A stretch of DNA of 64,000 nucleotides from Escherichia coli (GTDB taxonomy: Bacteria > Pseudomonadota > Gammaproteobacteria > Enterobacterales > Enterobacteriaceae): assembly GCF_003334255.1 (NCBI RefSeq), contig NZ_QOWU01000010.1. One strand, written 5' to 3'. The notes beneath the pieces were generated by a model, which saw nothing but the letters and a program-made list of their open reading frames with translations, was not told the origin of the DNA and did not search any database. Both the position numbers and the translations under genes were made by a program. Below, piece after piece: positions 14,152-33,402 of this stretch (the stretch's first letter is position 1; each line of letters begins with the position of its first letter).

Positions 14152-15324
14152 TTAACGAACAGCGCGGATGGCGTTAATTAATCCAGCCACACCTTTTTCC
14201 AGTTTCGAACGTGGGCAGCCGGCATTGAGACGGACAAAACCACGACCTTCTTCACCGTAGGTATACCCCGGCATGATCGCGACTTTTTCTTGTTCGATAA
14301 GTGCTTTTTGCAACGCGTTGTCGTCAATATTCAACGGACGTAAATCAAGCCATGCCAGATAAGTGGATTGTGGGATCTGCCAGTTGAGTTCAGGAAACGC
14401 GGCGTTCATTTTATCTGCGATATACGTCAGGTTATCTTTCAGATAGATGCGTAAGGCATCCAGCCACGGCGCGCCTTGCTGATAGGCGGCGATATGGGCA
14501 GTTAACGCCAGTACCGAAGGGGAAGAAAGCCCATCACGGCCTTTCAGTGCCGATAAATAGGCATCGCGGCTACTGCTATTTTCTATAATCCCGTAAGCAC
14601 CGGTCAGGGCGGGAATATTGAAACTTTTCGAGCCCGACGTTAGCAACGCCCAGTCTCCGCGAGCCACATTACTCCAGGGAATATGCGGCTGCTCGCCCCA
14701 AACCATATCCATATGGATTTCATCGGAAATAACCCGCACACCATGACGCTCGCACAGGTCAGCCATGATCTCCAGCTCATCGCACGTCCACACTTTCCCG
14801 GTAGGATTCTGTGGGCTACACAGGAGCATAATTTTACATTCTGGTTTCGCCAACACGGCTTCCAACTTGCCCATATCGCAAAACCAACCATCAGCCTGCT
14901 TCTCTAAAGCAACGGGCATTACTGTGCGCTGGTTACCTTCAATGGCCTTGTAAAATGCGTCATAGGCGGGTGTGTGGATCACCACGCCTTCACCTGTTTC
15001 AGACCACTGACGAATCAGTTCTGAAACCATATAGATGACAGAAGGGCCATACACCACCGTCTGAGAATCGATGGCGGTGTAATGCTGGGTGGAAAACCAG
15101 TGGGCAATAGCCGCGAGAAACTCATCGTTTTTCCAGCGGCTGTAGCCAAATACGCCGTGCATCAGGCGCTGATTCAGCGCCTCGATAATGCAGGGGGCAG
15201 TGGCAAAATCCATGTCTGAAATCGTGAACGGTAACAGGTCAGCAGTGCCGAAACGGTCAGCGACATAATCCCACTGTGTACACCATGTGCCATGACGATC
15301 CACGACCTTTGAAAAATCGAACAT
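14152..15324 (-). CDS. malY: PLP-dependent cystathionine beta-lyase / MalT-inhibiting protein
   Basis: 390-aa ORF starting MFDFSKVVDRHGTWCTQWDYVADRFG, recognised as K-12 MalY. Confidence 0.95.
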   Translation of the reverse strand: MFDFSKVVDRHGTWCTQWDYVADRFGTADLLPFTISDMDFATAPCIIEALNQRLMHGVFGYSRWKNDEFLAAIAHWFSTQHYTAIDSQTVVYGPSVIYMVSELIRQWSETGEGVVIHTPAYDAFYKAIEGNQRTVMPVALEKQADGWFCDMGKLEAVLAKPECKIMLLCSPQNPTGKVWTCDELEIMADLCERHGVRVISDEIHMDMVWGEQPHIPWSNVARGDWALLTSGSKSFNIPALTGAYGIIENSSSRDAYLSALKGRDGLSSPSVLALTAHIAAYQQGAPWLDALRIYLKDNLTYIADKMNAAFPELNWQIPQSTYLAWLDLRPLNIDDNALQKALIEQEKVAIMPGYTYGEEGRGFVRLNAGCPRSKLEKGVAGLINAIRAVR

Positions 15325-15333
15325 ATCTTATCC

Positions 15334-18129
<2,796 letters not shown>

Positions 18130-18240
18130 TCCTCTCTTTATCTGCTATACCTGGTAGTGTCCTTTCCTCAAGGTTAATGATAAAAAATGTGGCACACAGG
18201 CGGTGCCTTTTATTTTTACTGAAGTTCACAGGAGGTTTAT

Positions 18241-19008
18241 GTGTTTAATTCTGACAACCTGAGACTCGACGGAAAATGCGCCATCATCACAGGTGCGGGT
18301 GCAGGTATTGGTAAAGAAATCGCCATTACATTCGCGACAGCTGGCGCATCTGTGGTGGTCAGTGATATTAACGCCGACGCAGCTAACCATGTTGTAGACG
18401 AAATTCAACAACTGGGTGGTCAGGCATTTGCCTGCCGTTGTGATATTACTTCCGAACAGGAACTCTCTGCACTGGCAGACTTTGCTATCAGTAAGCTGGG
18501 TAAAGTTGATATTCTGGTTAACAACGCCGGTGGCGGTGGACCTAAACCGTTTGATATGCCAATGGCGGATTTTCGCCGTGCTTATGAACTGAATGTGTTT
18601 TCTTTTTTCCATCTGTCACAACTTGTTGCGCCAGAAATGGAAAAAAATGGCGGTGGCGTTATTCTGACCATCACTTCTATGGCGGCAGAAAATAAAAATA
18701 TAAACATGACTTCCTATGCATCATCTAAAGCTGCGGCCAGTCATCTGGTCAGAAATATGGCGTTTGACCTGGGTGAAAAAAATATTCGGGTAAATGGCAT
18801 TGCGCCGGGGGCAATATTAACCGATGCCCTGAAATCCGTTATTACACCAGAAATTGAACAAAAAATGTTACAGCACACGCCGATCAGACGTCTGGGCCAA
18901 CCGCAAGATATTGCTAACGCAGCGCTGTTCCTTTGCTCGCCTGCTGCGAGCTGGGTAAGCGGACAAATTCTCACCGTCTCCGGTGGTGGGGTACAGGAGC
19001 TCAATTAA
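18241..19008 (+). CDS. hdhA: 7-alpha-hydroxysteroid dehydrogenase (SDR family)
   Basis: 255-aa ORF with a GTG start, the TGAGAGIG cofactor motif and YASSK catalytic motif, recognised as K-12 HdhA. Confidence 0.94.
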   Translation: MFNSDNLRLDGKCAIITGAGAGIGKEIAITFATAGASVVVSDINADAANHVVDEIQQLGGQAFACRCDITSEQELSALADFAISKLGKVDILVNNAGGGGPKPFDMPMADFRRAYELNVFSFFHLSQLVAPEMEKNGGGVILTITSMAAENKNINMTSYASSKAAASHLVRNMAFDLGEKNIRVNGIAPGAILTDALKSVITPEIEQKMLQHTPIRRLGQPQDIANAALFLCSPAASWVSGQILTVSGGGVQELN

Positions 19009-19228
19009 TACACTAACGGACCGGTAAACAACCGTGCGTGTTGTTTACCGGGATAAACTCATCAACGTCTCTGCTAAATAACTGGCAGCCAAATCACGGC
19101 TATTGGTTAACCAATTTCAGAGTGAAAAGTATACGAATAGAGTGTGCCTTCGCACTATTCAACAGCAATGATAGGCGCTCACCTGACAACGCGGTAAACT
19201 AGTTATTCACGCTAACTATAATGGTTTA

Positions 19229-19819
19229 ATGATGGATAACATGCAGACTGAAGCACAACCGACACGGACCCGGATCCTCAATGCTGCCAGAGAGATTTTT
19301 TCAGAAAATGGATTTCACAGTGCCTCGATGAAAGCCATCTGTAAATCTTGCGCCATTAGTCCCGGGACGCTCTATCACCATTTCATCTCCAAAGAAGCCT
19401 TGATTCAGGCGATTATCTTACAGGACCAGGAGAGGGCGCTGGCCCGTTTCCGGGAACCGATTGAAGGGATTCATTTCGTTGACTATATGGTCGAGTCCAT
19501 TGTCTCTCTCACCCATGAAGCCTTTGGACAACGGGCGCTGGTGGTTGAAATTATGGCGGAAGGGATGCGTAACCCACAGGTCGCCGCCATGCTTAAAAAT
19601 AAGCATATGACGATCACGGAATTTGTTGCCCAGCGGATGCGTGATGCCCAGCAAAAAGGCGAGATAAGCCCAGACATCAACACGGCAATGACTTCACGTT
19701 TACTGCTGGATCTGACCTACGGTGTACTGGCCGATATCGAAGCGGAAGACCTGGCGCGTGAAGCGTCGTTTGCTCAGGGATTACGCGCGATGATTGGCGG
19801 TATCTTAACCGCATCCTGA
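19229..19819 (+). CDS. uidR: TetR-family repressor of the uid operon
   Basis: 196-aa ORF starting MMDNMQTEAQPTRTRILNAAREIFSENGFH (TetR HTH), located upstream of uidA. Confidence 0.94.
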   Translation: MMDNMQTEAQPTRTRILNAAREIFSENGFHSASMKAICKSCAISPGTLYHHFISKEALIQAIILQDQERALARFREPIEGIHFVDYMVESIVSLTHEAFGQRALVVEIMAEGMRNPQVAAMLKNKHMTITEFVAQRMRDAQQKGEISPDINTAMTSRLLLDLTYGVLADIEAEDLAREASFAQGLRAMIGGILTAS

Positions 19820-20158
19820 TTCTCTCTCTTTTTCGGCGGGCTGGTGATAACTGTGCCCGCGTTTCATATCGTAATTTCTCTGTGCAAAAATTATCCTTCC
19901 CGGCTTCGGAGAATTCCCCCCAAAATATTCACTGTAGCCATATGTCATGAGAGTTTATCGTTCCCAATACGCTCGAACGAACGTTCGGTTGCTTATTTTA
20001 TGGCTTCTGTCAACGCTGTTTTAAAGATTAATGCGATCTATATCACGCTGTGGGTATTGCAGTTTTTGGTTTTTTGATCGCGGTGTCAGTTCTTTTTATT
20101 TCCATTTCTCTTCCATGGGTTTCTCACAGATAACTGTGTGCAACACAGAATTGGTTAA

Positions 20159-23391
<3,233 letters not shown>

Positions 23392-23429
23392 TATTCAATA
23401 AAAATAATCAGAACATCAAAGGTGCAACT

Positions 23430-24695
23430 ATGAGAAAAATAGTGGCCATGGCCGTTATTTGCCTGACGGCTGCCTCTGGCCTTACCTCTGCTTATGCGGC
23501 GCAACTGGCTGACGATGAAGCGGGACTACGCATCAGACTGAAAAACGAATTGCGCAGGGCGGATAAGCCCAGTGCTGGCGCGGGAAGAGATATTTACGCA
23601 TGGGTACAGGGAGGATTGCTCGATTTCAATAGTGGTTATTATTCCAATATTATTGGCGTTGAAGGCGGGGCGTATTATGTTTATAAATTAGGTGCTCGTG
23701 CTGATATGAGTACCCGGTGGTATCTTGATGGTGATAAAAGTTTTGGCTTTGCCCTGGGGGCAGTAAAAATAAAACCCAGTGAAAATAGCCTGCTTAAATT
23801 AGGTCGCTTCGGGACGGATTATAGTTATGGTAGCTTACCTTATCGTATTCCGTTAATGGCTGGCAGTTCGCAACGTACATTACCGACAGTTTCTGAAGGA
23901 GCATTAGGTTATTGGGCTTTAACACCAAATATTGATCTGTGGGGAATGTGGCGTTCACGAGTATTTTTATGGACTGATTCAACAACCGGTATTCGTGATG
24001 AAGGGGTGTATAACAGCCAGACGGGAAAATACGATAAACATCGCGCACGTTCTTTTTTAGCCGCCAGTTGGCATGATGATACCAGTCGCTATTCTCTGGG
24101 GGCATCGGTACAGAAAGATGTTTCCAATCAGATACAAAGTATTCTCGAGAAAAGCATACCGCTCGACCCGAATTATACGTTGAAAGGGGAGTTGCTCGGC
24201 TTTTACGCGCAGCTCGAAGGTTTAAGTCGTAATACCAGCCAGCCCAATGAAACGGCGTTGGTTAGTGGACAATTGACCTGGAATGCGCCGTGGGGAAGTG
24301 TATTTGGCAGTGGTGGTTATTTGCGCCATGCAATGAATGGTGCCGTGGTGGATACCGACATTGGCTATCCCTTTTCATTAAGTCTTGATCGTAACCGTGA
24401 AGGAATGCAGTCCTGGCAATTGGGCGTCAACTATCGTTTAACGCCGCAATTTACGCTGACATTTGCACCGATTGTGACTCGCGGCTATGAATCCAGTAAA
24501 CGAGATGTGCGGATTGAAGGCACGGGTATCTTAGGTGGTATGAACTATCGGGTCAGCGAAGGGCCGTTACAAGGGATGAATTTCTTTCTTGCTGCCGATA
24601 AAGGGCGGGAAAAGCGCGATGGCAGTACGCTGGGCGATCGCCTGAATTACTGGGATGTGAAAATGAGTATTCAGTATGACTTTATGCTGAAGTAA
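23430..24695 (+). CDS. uidC: Outer-membrane glucuronide porin-like protein
   Basis: 421-aa ORF with a signal peptide (MRKIVAMAVICLTAASGLTSAYA) and a C-terminal ...YDFMLK. It is the third gene of the uid operon. Confidence 0.93.
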   Translation: MRKIVAMAVICLTAASGLTSAYAAQLADDEAGLRIRLKNELRRADKPSAGAGRDIYAWVQGGLLDFNSGYYSNIIGVEGGAYYVYKLGARADMSTRWYLDGDKSFGFALGAVKIKPSENSLLKLGRFGTDYSYGSLPYRIPLMAGSSQRTLPTVSEGALGYWALTPNIDLWGMWRSRVFLWTDSTTGIRDEGVYNSQTGKYDKHRARSFLAASWHDDTSRYSLGASVQKDVSNQIQSILEKSIPLDPNYTLKGELLGFYAQLEGLSRNTSQPNETALVSGQLTWNAPWGSVFGSGGYLRHAMNGAVVDTDIGYPFSLSLDRNREGMQSWQLGVNYRLTPQFTLTFAPIVTRGYESSKRDVRIEGTGILGGMNYRVSEGPLQGMNFFLAADKGREKRDGSTLGDRLNYWDVKMSIQYDFMLK

Positions 24696-24700
24696 AAAAT

Positions 24701-24729
24701 AACGCCGGAGAGAAAAATCTCCGGCGTTT
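24701..24729 (+). terminator. Rho-independent terminator after uidC
   Basis: AACGCCGGAGA-gaaaaa-TCTCCGGCGTT hairpin followed by T residues. Confidence 0.75.
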
Positions 24730-24757
24730 CAGATTGTTGACAAAGTGCGCGTTTTTT

Positions 24758-24857
24758 ATGCCGGATGCGGCGTAAACGCCTTATCCAGCCTACAAAAACT
24801 CATAAATTCAAAGTGTTGCAGGAAAAGGTAGGCCTGATAAGCGTAGCGCATCAGGCA
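24758..24857. repeat. REP/BIME element (two inverted REP units)
   Basis: GCCGGATGCGGCGTAAACGCCTTATCCAGCCTAC and GTAGGCCTGATAAGCGTAGCGCATCAGGC match the canonical E. coli REP consensus. They lie in inverted orientation between convergent genes. Confidence 0.9.
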
Positions 24858-24920
24858 ATCTCTGGTTTGTTTTCAGATGAAAACGCCGGAGTGAAAATTC
24901 TCCGGCGTTTTGGCCGTGAA

Positions 24921-26429
24921 TTACTGCTGCGGAATTGCCGGTACAGCCGGAACGTTAAGAGCTGGCATCGCAAACATGCCAACAAAATCTTCTAACGACA
25001 TTTTCTGCCCATTTAACGTTATCTGACCGTTAGCATATTGCAGGCTGGTGGTGATGGTATTGTCCTGCAAGGTGGTCAGACGGAACATCTGCCCCATTGC
25101 TGATGCACCTTCAACTTGCTGTTTCGCCAGTTTTTTCGCTTGATCTTCCTGATAACCTTCCAGCTTCGCTACCTGAGTCATAAACTCAGTTGCCATATCC
25201 ACCGGAATGGTCAGTTTCGCATCCAGAGATTTAACCGAACGATCTACTTCCTGCGCCAGCGTTTGCGGCGCTTCTTTAGTCGTTGCCGGATCTTTCAGGA
25301 ACAGCGACAGATTCAGGGCACTTTCACCCTGACTGTTTTTCCAGCTTAGCGGCGCGATAGTAATCACCGGATCGCCTTTCAGCATCAGCGGCAGGGCGCT
25401 AAAGAAGGCTTCCGTCACTTTCTCCTGATAAAGTTCGGGGTTGTTGGCAATTTCTGGCTGTGCCAGCAGCGCCTGAGTTTGCGCGTTATATTGCTGGCTA
25501 AACTGATGCCAGGCTTCACCATCAATCTGGCCGACTTTTAAAGTCAGCTTGCCGCTGCCCAGATCCTGATTCTGTACCTTCAGGCTGTTTAGCGAGTAAT
25601 CCAGTTGGCTATTGATCGTTTTACCGTCATTGACCAGATCCGATTTACCGCTGATCTCCATGCCTTCCAGCAGTGCCAGTTCTTTGCCTTCCACTGAAAT
25701 GGTCATTTTTTCCAGTGACAGTTTTTGATTTCCTACACGCTCACCAAAACTTGCCAGCGTGCTGGAACCGTCGGTTTTCAGATTATTAAAGGTCAACTGC
25801 ACTTTCTGGTTGTATTCGTTAACTGCGTCTATCCGACCACTTTGCGCCTCCCCGGAAAGGGAGATGGCTTTGCCGTCTCTGTCAGCATTTAACTGGAACT
25901 CGCCGCCGCTAAAGGCGACTTTTTCATCCTTTTGCTCGTAATTCAGTGGCTTGAGCGAAATATCGGAACTGGAATCACCGCTGTAACCAATGCGCGAGTT
26001 AATCTCAAAAGGCGTTTCACCTTTTGCCATATCAAACAGTGGTTTGCTTACTTCGTTATTAACCAGCGTGGTTTGAATTGATGCCATCGACGGGATCAGG
26101 TTCAGTTTTTTAAGCTGGGCAAGCGGGAAGGGACCATGATCAACCGATTCGTTGAAGATGACGCTCTGACCGCTTTTAATCCACGGATTTTCTTTCCCGG
26201 CAATGGGTTTCACCAACAGTTGCAACTGGCTGCTGAATACGCCGCGATGATAGTTTTGATAACTCACTTCCAGGTTGGATTCAGGAGCTGTCAGTTTGAG
26301 TTGCGCGTTCGCCTGCGCGACCATGTCTTCGAGATGGGTTTCAATCTTCTTGCCTGTATACCATGCGCCGCCTGTCCAGACTACGCCTAGCGCAACAATG
26401 ACGCCTACCGCTACCAGCGATTTATTCAT
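24921..26429 (-). CDS. ydgA: DUF945-family periplasmic/membrane-anchored protein
   Basis: 502-aa ORF starting MNKSLVAVGVIVALGVVWTGGAWYTGKK, recognised as K-12 YdgA. Confidence 0.92.
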   Translation of the reverse strand: MNKSLVAVGVIVALGVVWTGGAWYTGKKIETHLEDMVAQANAQLKLTAPESNLEVSYQNYHRGVFSSQLQLLVKPIAGKENPWIKSGQSVIFNESVDHGPFPLAQLKKLNLIPSMASIQTTLVNNEVSKPLFDMAKGETPFEINSRIGYSGDSSSDISLKPLNYEQKDEKVAFSGGEFQLNADRDGKAISLSGEAQSGRIDAVNEYNQKVQLTFNNLKTDGSSTLASFGERVGNQKLSLEKMTISVEGKELALLEGMEISGKSDLVNDGKTINSQLDYSLNSLKVQNQDLGSGKLTLKVGQIDGEAWHQFSQQYNAQTQALLAQPEIANNPELYQEKVTEAFFSALPLMLKGDPVITIAPLSWKNSQGESALNLSLFLKDPATTKEAPQTLAQEVDRSVKSLDAKLTIPVDMATEFMTQVAKLEGYQEDQAKKLAKQQVEGASAMGQMFRLTTLQDNTITTSLQYANGQITLNGQKMSLEDFVGMFAMPALNVPAVPAIPQQ

Positions 26430-26529
26430 AATGATTATCCATAAAATGAAATCAGGCGGACTGGCCGCCTGAAGGTGTTATAAGCCTTTAATAAGCTTAG
26501 CAAGAGATGTTAATTTTTTCAGTAAGCTC

Positions 26530-27705
26530 TTACAGCTTGTTGTAAACACGCGCTAAACGGCCGTGGCCTTTGACAGTCACCGGTGATTCGTTGGCGGCAA
26601 TAAACGCTGATTCACCCGGTTTAAGCTGTAACTGCTGAGAACCTTTCCACAACGTTGCATCGCCTTCGACGCAGAACAAAATGGCGGCACTCTGCTGGCT
26701 AATGGTGGTTTCTTTATCACTAAGGTCATGCAGCGAGAAGGCAAAATCATCCACTGGAATCGGGAAGTCCAGTTCTGCACCTTGTTTCACCGGCTGGGTC
26801 AACAACTGGTTAGCCGGTTTGGCTTCGAATTTCACATTGGCAACCAGTTCCGGAATATCAATGTATTTAGGCGTCAGACCCGCACGCAGCACGTTATCGG
26901 AGTTTGCCATCACTTCCAGCGCCACGCCTTGCAGGTAAGCGTGCGGTGTTTCAGCGAACAGGAACATCGCTTCGCCAGGGTTCAATTTCACCACATTCAG
27001 CAATAGCGGGGAGAACAGACCGCTGTCTTCCGGGTAAAATTCAGAAATTAAACGAATCGTTTGCCACGGTTCACCCTGCTGGCTATCGAGGGCCGATTTT
27101 AAAATCGCCAGCGCGCGGGATTTTTCTTCACCCTGCATATTCAACAGGCTGGCGAACAGTTCGCTTAAACGTTCGGCATCAGGCTGTTGTAAAAAGTGAG
27201 CAATCGCCGGATGTGCACCTGCGACCGGCTGGAGTAGGGAGACAATCTCGGAAAATTCACGAAACGCGTTCATCGCAAGGAAAGGCGTCAGCGCAAAAAC
27301 CAGCTCCGGCTTGTGGTTAGGATCTTTATAGTTACGCTCGGCGGCATCCATCGGGATACCTGCGGCATTTTCTTTGGCAAAACCGATTTCAGAATTGTGT
27401 TTGTTTGGATGAACCTGAATGGAGAGTGGCTGTGCTGCGCATAATACTTTGAACAGGAAAGGCAGTTCGCCAAAGCGTTTGGCAACGGCCTCTCCGAGCA
27501 GAGTCGATTTATCACTCTCAATCACATCACGCAGTGAAACGATATCTCCGGCGGCATTCTGCACTCGTGAACTGCTTTTCGGATGTGCGCCCATCCACAG
27601 CTCGGCCATCGGCTGGCTGGACGGATTTTCCATACCATAAAGTTCAGTCAACGCCGTTTTGCTGCCCCAGGCATAGTTTTGCACTGAGTTAATGAGTTTT
27701 TGCAT
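26530..27705 (-). CDS. manA: Mannose-6-phosphate isomerase
   Basis: The track ORF is 417 aa. I trimmed it to the ATG at 27705 (MQKLINSVQNYAWGSKTALTELYG, 391 aa); the CAT at 27703-27705 was verified. Confidence 0.95.
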   Translation of the reverse strand: MQKLINSVQNYAWGSKTALTELYGMENPSSQPMAELWMGAHPKSSSRVQNAAGDIVSLRDVIESDKSTLLGEAVAKRFGELPFLFKVLCAAQPLSIQVHPNKHNSEIGFAKENAAGIPMDAAERNYKDPNHKPELVFALTPFLAMNAFREFSEIVSLLQPVAGAHPAIAHFLQQPDAERLSELFASLLNMQGEEKSRALAILKSALDSQQGEPWQTIRLISEFYPEDSGLFSPLLLNVVKLNPGEAMFLFAETPHAYLQGVALEVMANSDNVLRAGLTPKYIDIPELVANVKFEAKPANQLLTQPVKQGAELDFPIPVDDFAFSLHDLSDKETTISQQSAAILFCVEGDATLWKGSQQLQLKPGESAFIAANESPVTVKGHGRLARVYNKL

Positions 27706-27903
27706 GATCAATCCCTGTTTTAATGTGGAAATTAATCCCACTATTAAAGCAAGAATCCTACGGGAAGTAACCTGGAGCCGCAAAAAGTCGTACTAGTCTC
27801 AGTTTTTGTTAAAAAAGTGTGTAGGATATTGTTACTCGCTTTTAACAGGGCAACGGAACACCCGCCCAGAGCATAACCAAACCAGGCAGTAAGTGAGAGA
27901 ACA

Positions 27904-29550
27904 ATGTCAAACAAACCCTTTCATTATCAGGCTCCTTTTCCACTCAAAAAAGATGATACTGAGTATTACCTGCTAACCAGCGAACACGTTAGCGTATCTG
28001 AATTTGAAGGGCAGGAGATTTTGAAAGTCGCACCCGAAGCGTTAACTCTGTTGGCGCGCCAGGCGTTTCATGATGCGTCGTTCATGCTGCGTCCGGCGCA
28101 CCAACAACAGGTGGCCGACATTCTGCGTGACCCGGAGGCCAGCGAAAATGATAAATATGTGGCGCTGCAATTCCTGCGTAACTCCGACATCGCGGCGAAA
28201 GGCGTTCTGCCAACCTGTCAGGATACCGGCACCGCGATTATTGTTGGTAAAAAAGGGCAGCGTGTATGGACCGGTGGTGGTGATGAAGCGGCGCTGGCGC
28301 GCGGTGTCTATAACACTTATATCGAAGATAATCTGCGCTACTCGCAAAACGCGCCGCTGGATATGTATAAAGAAGTGAATACCGGCACCAATCTGCCAGC
28401 GCAGATCGATCTTTATGCCGTTGATGGCGACGAATACAAATTCCTCTGTATCGCCAAAGGTGGTGGTTCGGCAAACAAGACGTATCTCTATCAGGAAACC
28501 AAAGCGTTACTGACGCCGGGGAAACTGAAAAATTACCTGGTTGAGAAGATGCGCACGCTGGGTACGGCGGCCTGTCCTCCGTATCATATTGCGTTCGTTA
28601 TTGGTGGAACTTCTGCAGAAACGAACCTTAAAACGGTGAAACTGGCTTCCGCGAAATACTATGATGAACTGCCAACGGAAGGGAATGAGCACGGTCAGGC
28701 GTTCCGCGATGTGGAACTGGAAAAAGAATTGCTGATCGAAGCGCAAAATCTTGGTCTGGGTGCGCAGTTTGGTGGTAAATACTTCGCTCACGACATCCGC
28801 GTGATTCGCCTGCCACGTCACGGCGCATCCTGCCCGGTCGGTATGGGCGTCTCCTGCTCTGCTGACCGTAATATCAAAGCGAAGATCAACCGTCAGGGGA
28901 TCTGGATCGAAAAACTGGAACATAATCCAGGCAAATATATCCCGGAAGAGCTGCGCAAAGCGGGAGAAGGCGAAGCGGTGCGCGTTGACCTTAACCGTCC
29001 GATGAAAGAGATCCTCGCACAGTTGTCGCAGTATCCCGTTTCTACACGCTTATCGCTTAACGGCACGATTATCGTCGGTCGTGATATTGCTCACGCCAAA
29101 CTGAAAGAGCGGATGGATAACGGTGAAGGGCTGCCGCAGTACATCAAAGATCATCCGATTTACTACGCGGGTCCGGCCAAAACGCCGGAAGGTTATGCCT
29201 CCGGTTCTCTTGGCCCAACGACCGCCGGACGGATGGATTCTTATGTCGATCAACTGCAAGCGCAGGGCGGAAGTATGATCATGCTGGCGAAAGGCAACCG
29301 CAGCCAGCAGGTGACGGATGCCTGTAAAAAACACGGCGGCTTCTACCTTGGCAGTATCGGTGGTCCGGCCGCTGTATTGGCGCAGGGAAGTATTAAGTGC
29401 CTGGAATGTGTTGAATATCCGGAACTGGGAATGGAAGCCATCTGGAAAATTGAAGTGGAAGATTTCCCGGCGTTTATCCTTGTGGATGATAAAGGAAATG
29501 ACTTCTTCCAGCAGATACAACTCACACAATGCACCCGCTGTGTGAAATAA
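27904..29550 (+). CDS. fumA: Class I fumarate hydratase (aerobic, Fe-S)
   Basis: 548-aa ORF starting [30 protein letters not shown], recognised as K-12 FumA. Confidence 0.96.
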   Translation: MSNKPFHYQAPFPLKKDDTEYYLLTSEHVSVSEFEGQEILKVAPEALTLLARQAFHDASFMLRPAHQQQVADILRDPEASENDKYVALQFLRNSDIAAKGVLPTCQDTGTAIIVGKKGQRVWTGGGDEAALARGVYNTYIEDNLRYSQNAPLDMYKEVNTGTNLPAQIDLYAVDGDEYKFLCIAKGGGSANKTYLYQETKALLTPGKLKNYLVEKMRTLGTAACPPYHIAFVIGGTSAETNLKTVKLASAKYYDELPTEGNEHGQAFRDVELEKELLIEAQNLGLGAQFGGKYFAHDIRVIRLPRHGASCPVGMGVSCSADRNIKAKINRQGIWIEKLEHNPGKYIPEELRKAGEGEAVRVDLNRPMKEILAQLSQYPVSTRLSLNGTIIVGRDIAHAKLKERMDNGEGLPQYIKDHPIYYAGPAKTPEGYASGSLGPTTAGRMDSYVDQLQAQGGSMIMLAKGNRSQQVTDACKKHGGFYLGSIGGPAAVLAQGSIKCLECVEYPELGMEAIWKIEVEDFPAFILVDDKGNDFFQQIQLTQCTRCVK

Positions 29551-29556
29551 ACAGAG

Positions 29557-29579
29557 CCGCCCTTCGGGGCGGTTTTTTT
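29557..29579 (+). terminator. Rho-independent terminator after fumA
   Basis: CCGCCC-ttcg-GGGCGG hairpin followed by T7. Confidence 0.85.
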
Positions 29580-29692
29580 ACATGGCACGAAAGACCAAAC
29601 ATTTGTTATCAAATGGTAAATAATAAGTGAGCTAAAAGTTGCTTAACGAAAGCAAAACAGAAAGAAAAAATTAATCAGGTGAGGAGCAGGTC

Positions 29693-32055
<2,363 letters not shown>

Positions 32056-32097
32056 TTATAGCACAGTCGTGGTGACTTGACCATCGTGCGCGTAGTG

Positions 32098-33399
32098 TCA
32101 GGCAGAGGTAAATTGCGGGATGTTATGCCATAACGGCCAGCTAAACGAGAAGCGGGCACCACCCAGTTCGCTGGTGTCACAATTAACCGTACCGCCCATT
32201 GCCAGTGCTATAGAGTGGACAATTGCCAGCCCCAGCCCGCAGCCGCCGGTTGAGCGATCCCGGCTGGGATCGAGGCGAACAAAAGGTTCAAAGATATGTT
32301 CGCGGTTTTCTGGGGCAATCCCTGGGCCATCATCCTCAACAATTAATGTCGCTCTATTCCCCGACAGTAGCAGGCTGGTTTCAACCGTTGAATGGCAGTA
32401 CCGCAGGGCGTTATTGAGCAAATTATCCAGCACGCGCTCCATTAAGCGCATATCCAACGCCGCATAATGGCCTTGCACGAGCGTTTTTATCCGTACCGTT
32501 TTATCGGGCGTTACTGCCTGAATATCTGCCAGATGCGTTGACAGCCACAACGGCAGGTCTGGTTCGCTAAGATGAAGCTCGTTTTGTGGGCGATCGAGTC
32601 GGGCATAAGTCAGCAGCTCTTCAATTAAAGCTTCAAGTTGACTGATATCACGATTCAACGCCTGGGATTCGGCGGCGCTCAGGTTATCGCTCATCTCCAG
32701 TCGATAACGCAGGCGCACTAACGGTGTTCGCAGTTCGTGAGCGATACCGTCAATAAGCTGTTTTTTGCTGGCAATTAAGGCGTTGATATTGTCCGCCATC
32801 TGGTTAAATGCGACGCCAAGTCGTTCAAAGCTCGAACCCTCATCAAAGTGGATACGTTCATTGAGATGCCCATCGCCAAATCGTTGCGCCGCTGCTTCCA
32901 GTTTTAACATATCCTGCCAGTGCGGACGCATCCAGATAAACACCGGAAAGGCGAGGGAAATAGCAATAAAAGCGATCAGGGCGATATCCAGCAATCGCAT
33001 CTGATGGAGATAATAAAGATAAGGAACAGGACCAACTGCCAGCACGTAGTGGCTGCGCGGGATACGCTGCAAAAACGTGTACTGATCGTCCAGGGCGACA
33101 ATTTCGCCGCCACGCAGTCGGTGCATGGAAATATCATCAAGATGGTATTTACTCAGTGGCTCGACACGCAGATCGAAAGAGAGATTTAAATCCATCTCTT
33201 TCAGAGTTTTACCCCAGTCGTGTGGGGGGATCTCACGCAATTCGCTGCGCATCAGATACAGCGAACTGTTCATCAAATCATCCAGCGACTGTTTGCCCGC
33301 GCGTTCGGCGGTAAATTTGTACACCAGCCCAACCAGCAGAGACATCACAAGGAAGCAGACAAACAATAACAGGTAAAACTGGATAAACAGTTTTTTCAT
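32098..33399 (-). CDS. rstB: Sensor histidine kinase
   Basis: 433-aa ORF with an H-box (IAHELRTPL) and G-boxes (DDGPGI, GGCGLGLAIV), located downstream of rstA. Confidence 0.94.
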   Translation of the reverse strand: MKKLFIQFYLLLFVCFLVMSLLVGLVYKFTAERAGKQSLDDLMNSSLYLMRSELREIPPHDWGKTLKEMDLNLSFDLRVEPLSKYHLDDISMHRLRGGEIVALDDQYTFLQRIPRSHYVLAVGPVPYLYYLHQMRLLDIALIAFIAISLAFPVFIWMRPHWQDMLKLEAAAQRFGDGHLNERIHFDEGSSFERLGVAFNQMADNINALIASKKQLIDGIAHELRTPLVRLRYRLEMSDNLSAAESQALNRDISQLEALIEELLTYARLDRPQNELHLSEPDLPLWLSTHLADIQAVTPDKTVRIKTLVQGHYAALDMRLMERVLDNLLNNALRYCHSTVETSLLLSGNRATLIVEDDGPGIAPENREHIFEPFVRLDPSRDRSTGGCGLGLAIVHSIALAMGGTVNCDTSELGGARFSFSWPLWHNIPQFTSA

Positions 33400-33402
33400 C
33401 GC

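Noticed and set aside
19844-20077. A 77-aa ORF between uidR and uidA
   Set aside because: It lies in the uid operator/promoter region, which contains the palindrome CGAACGAACGTTCGGTTG, and has no SD or recognisable fold.
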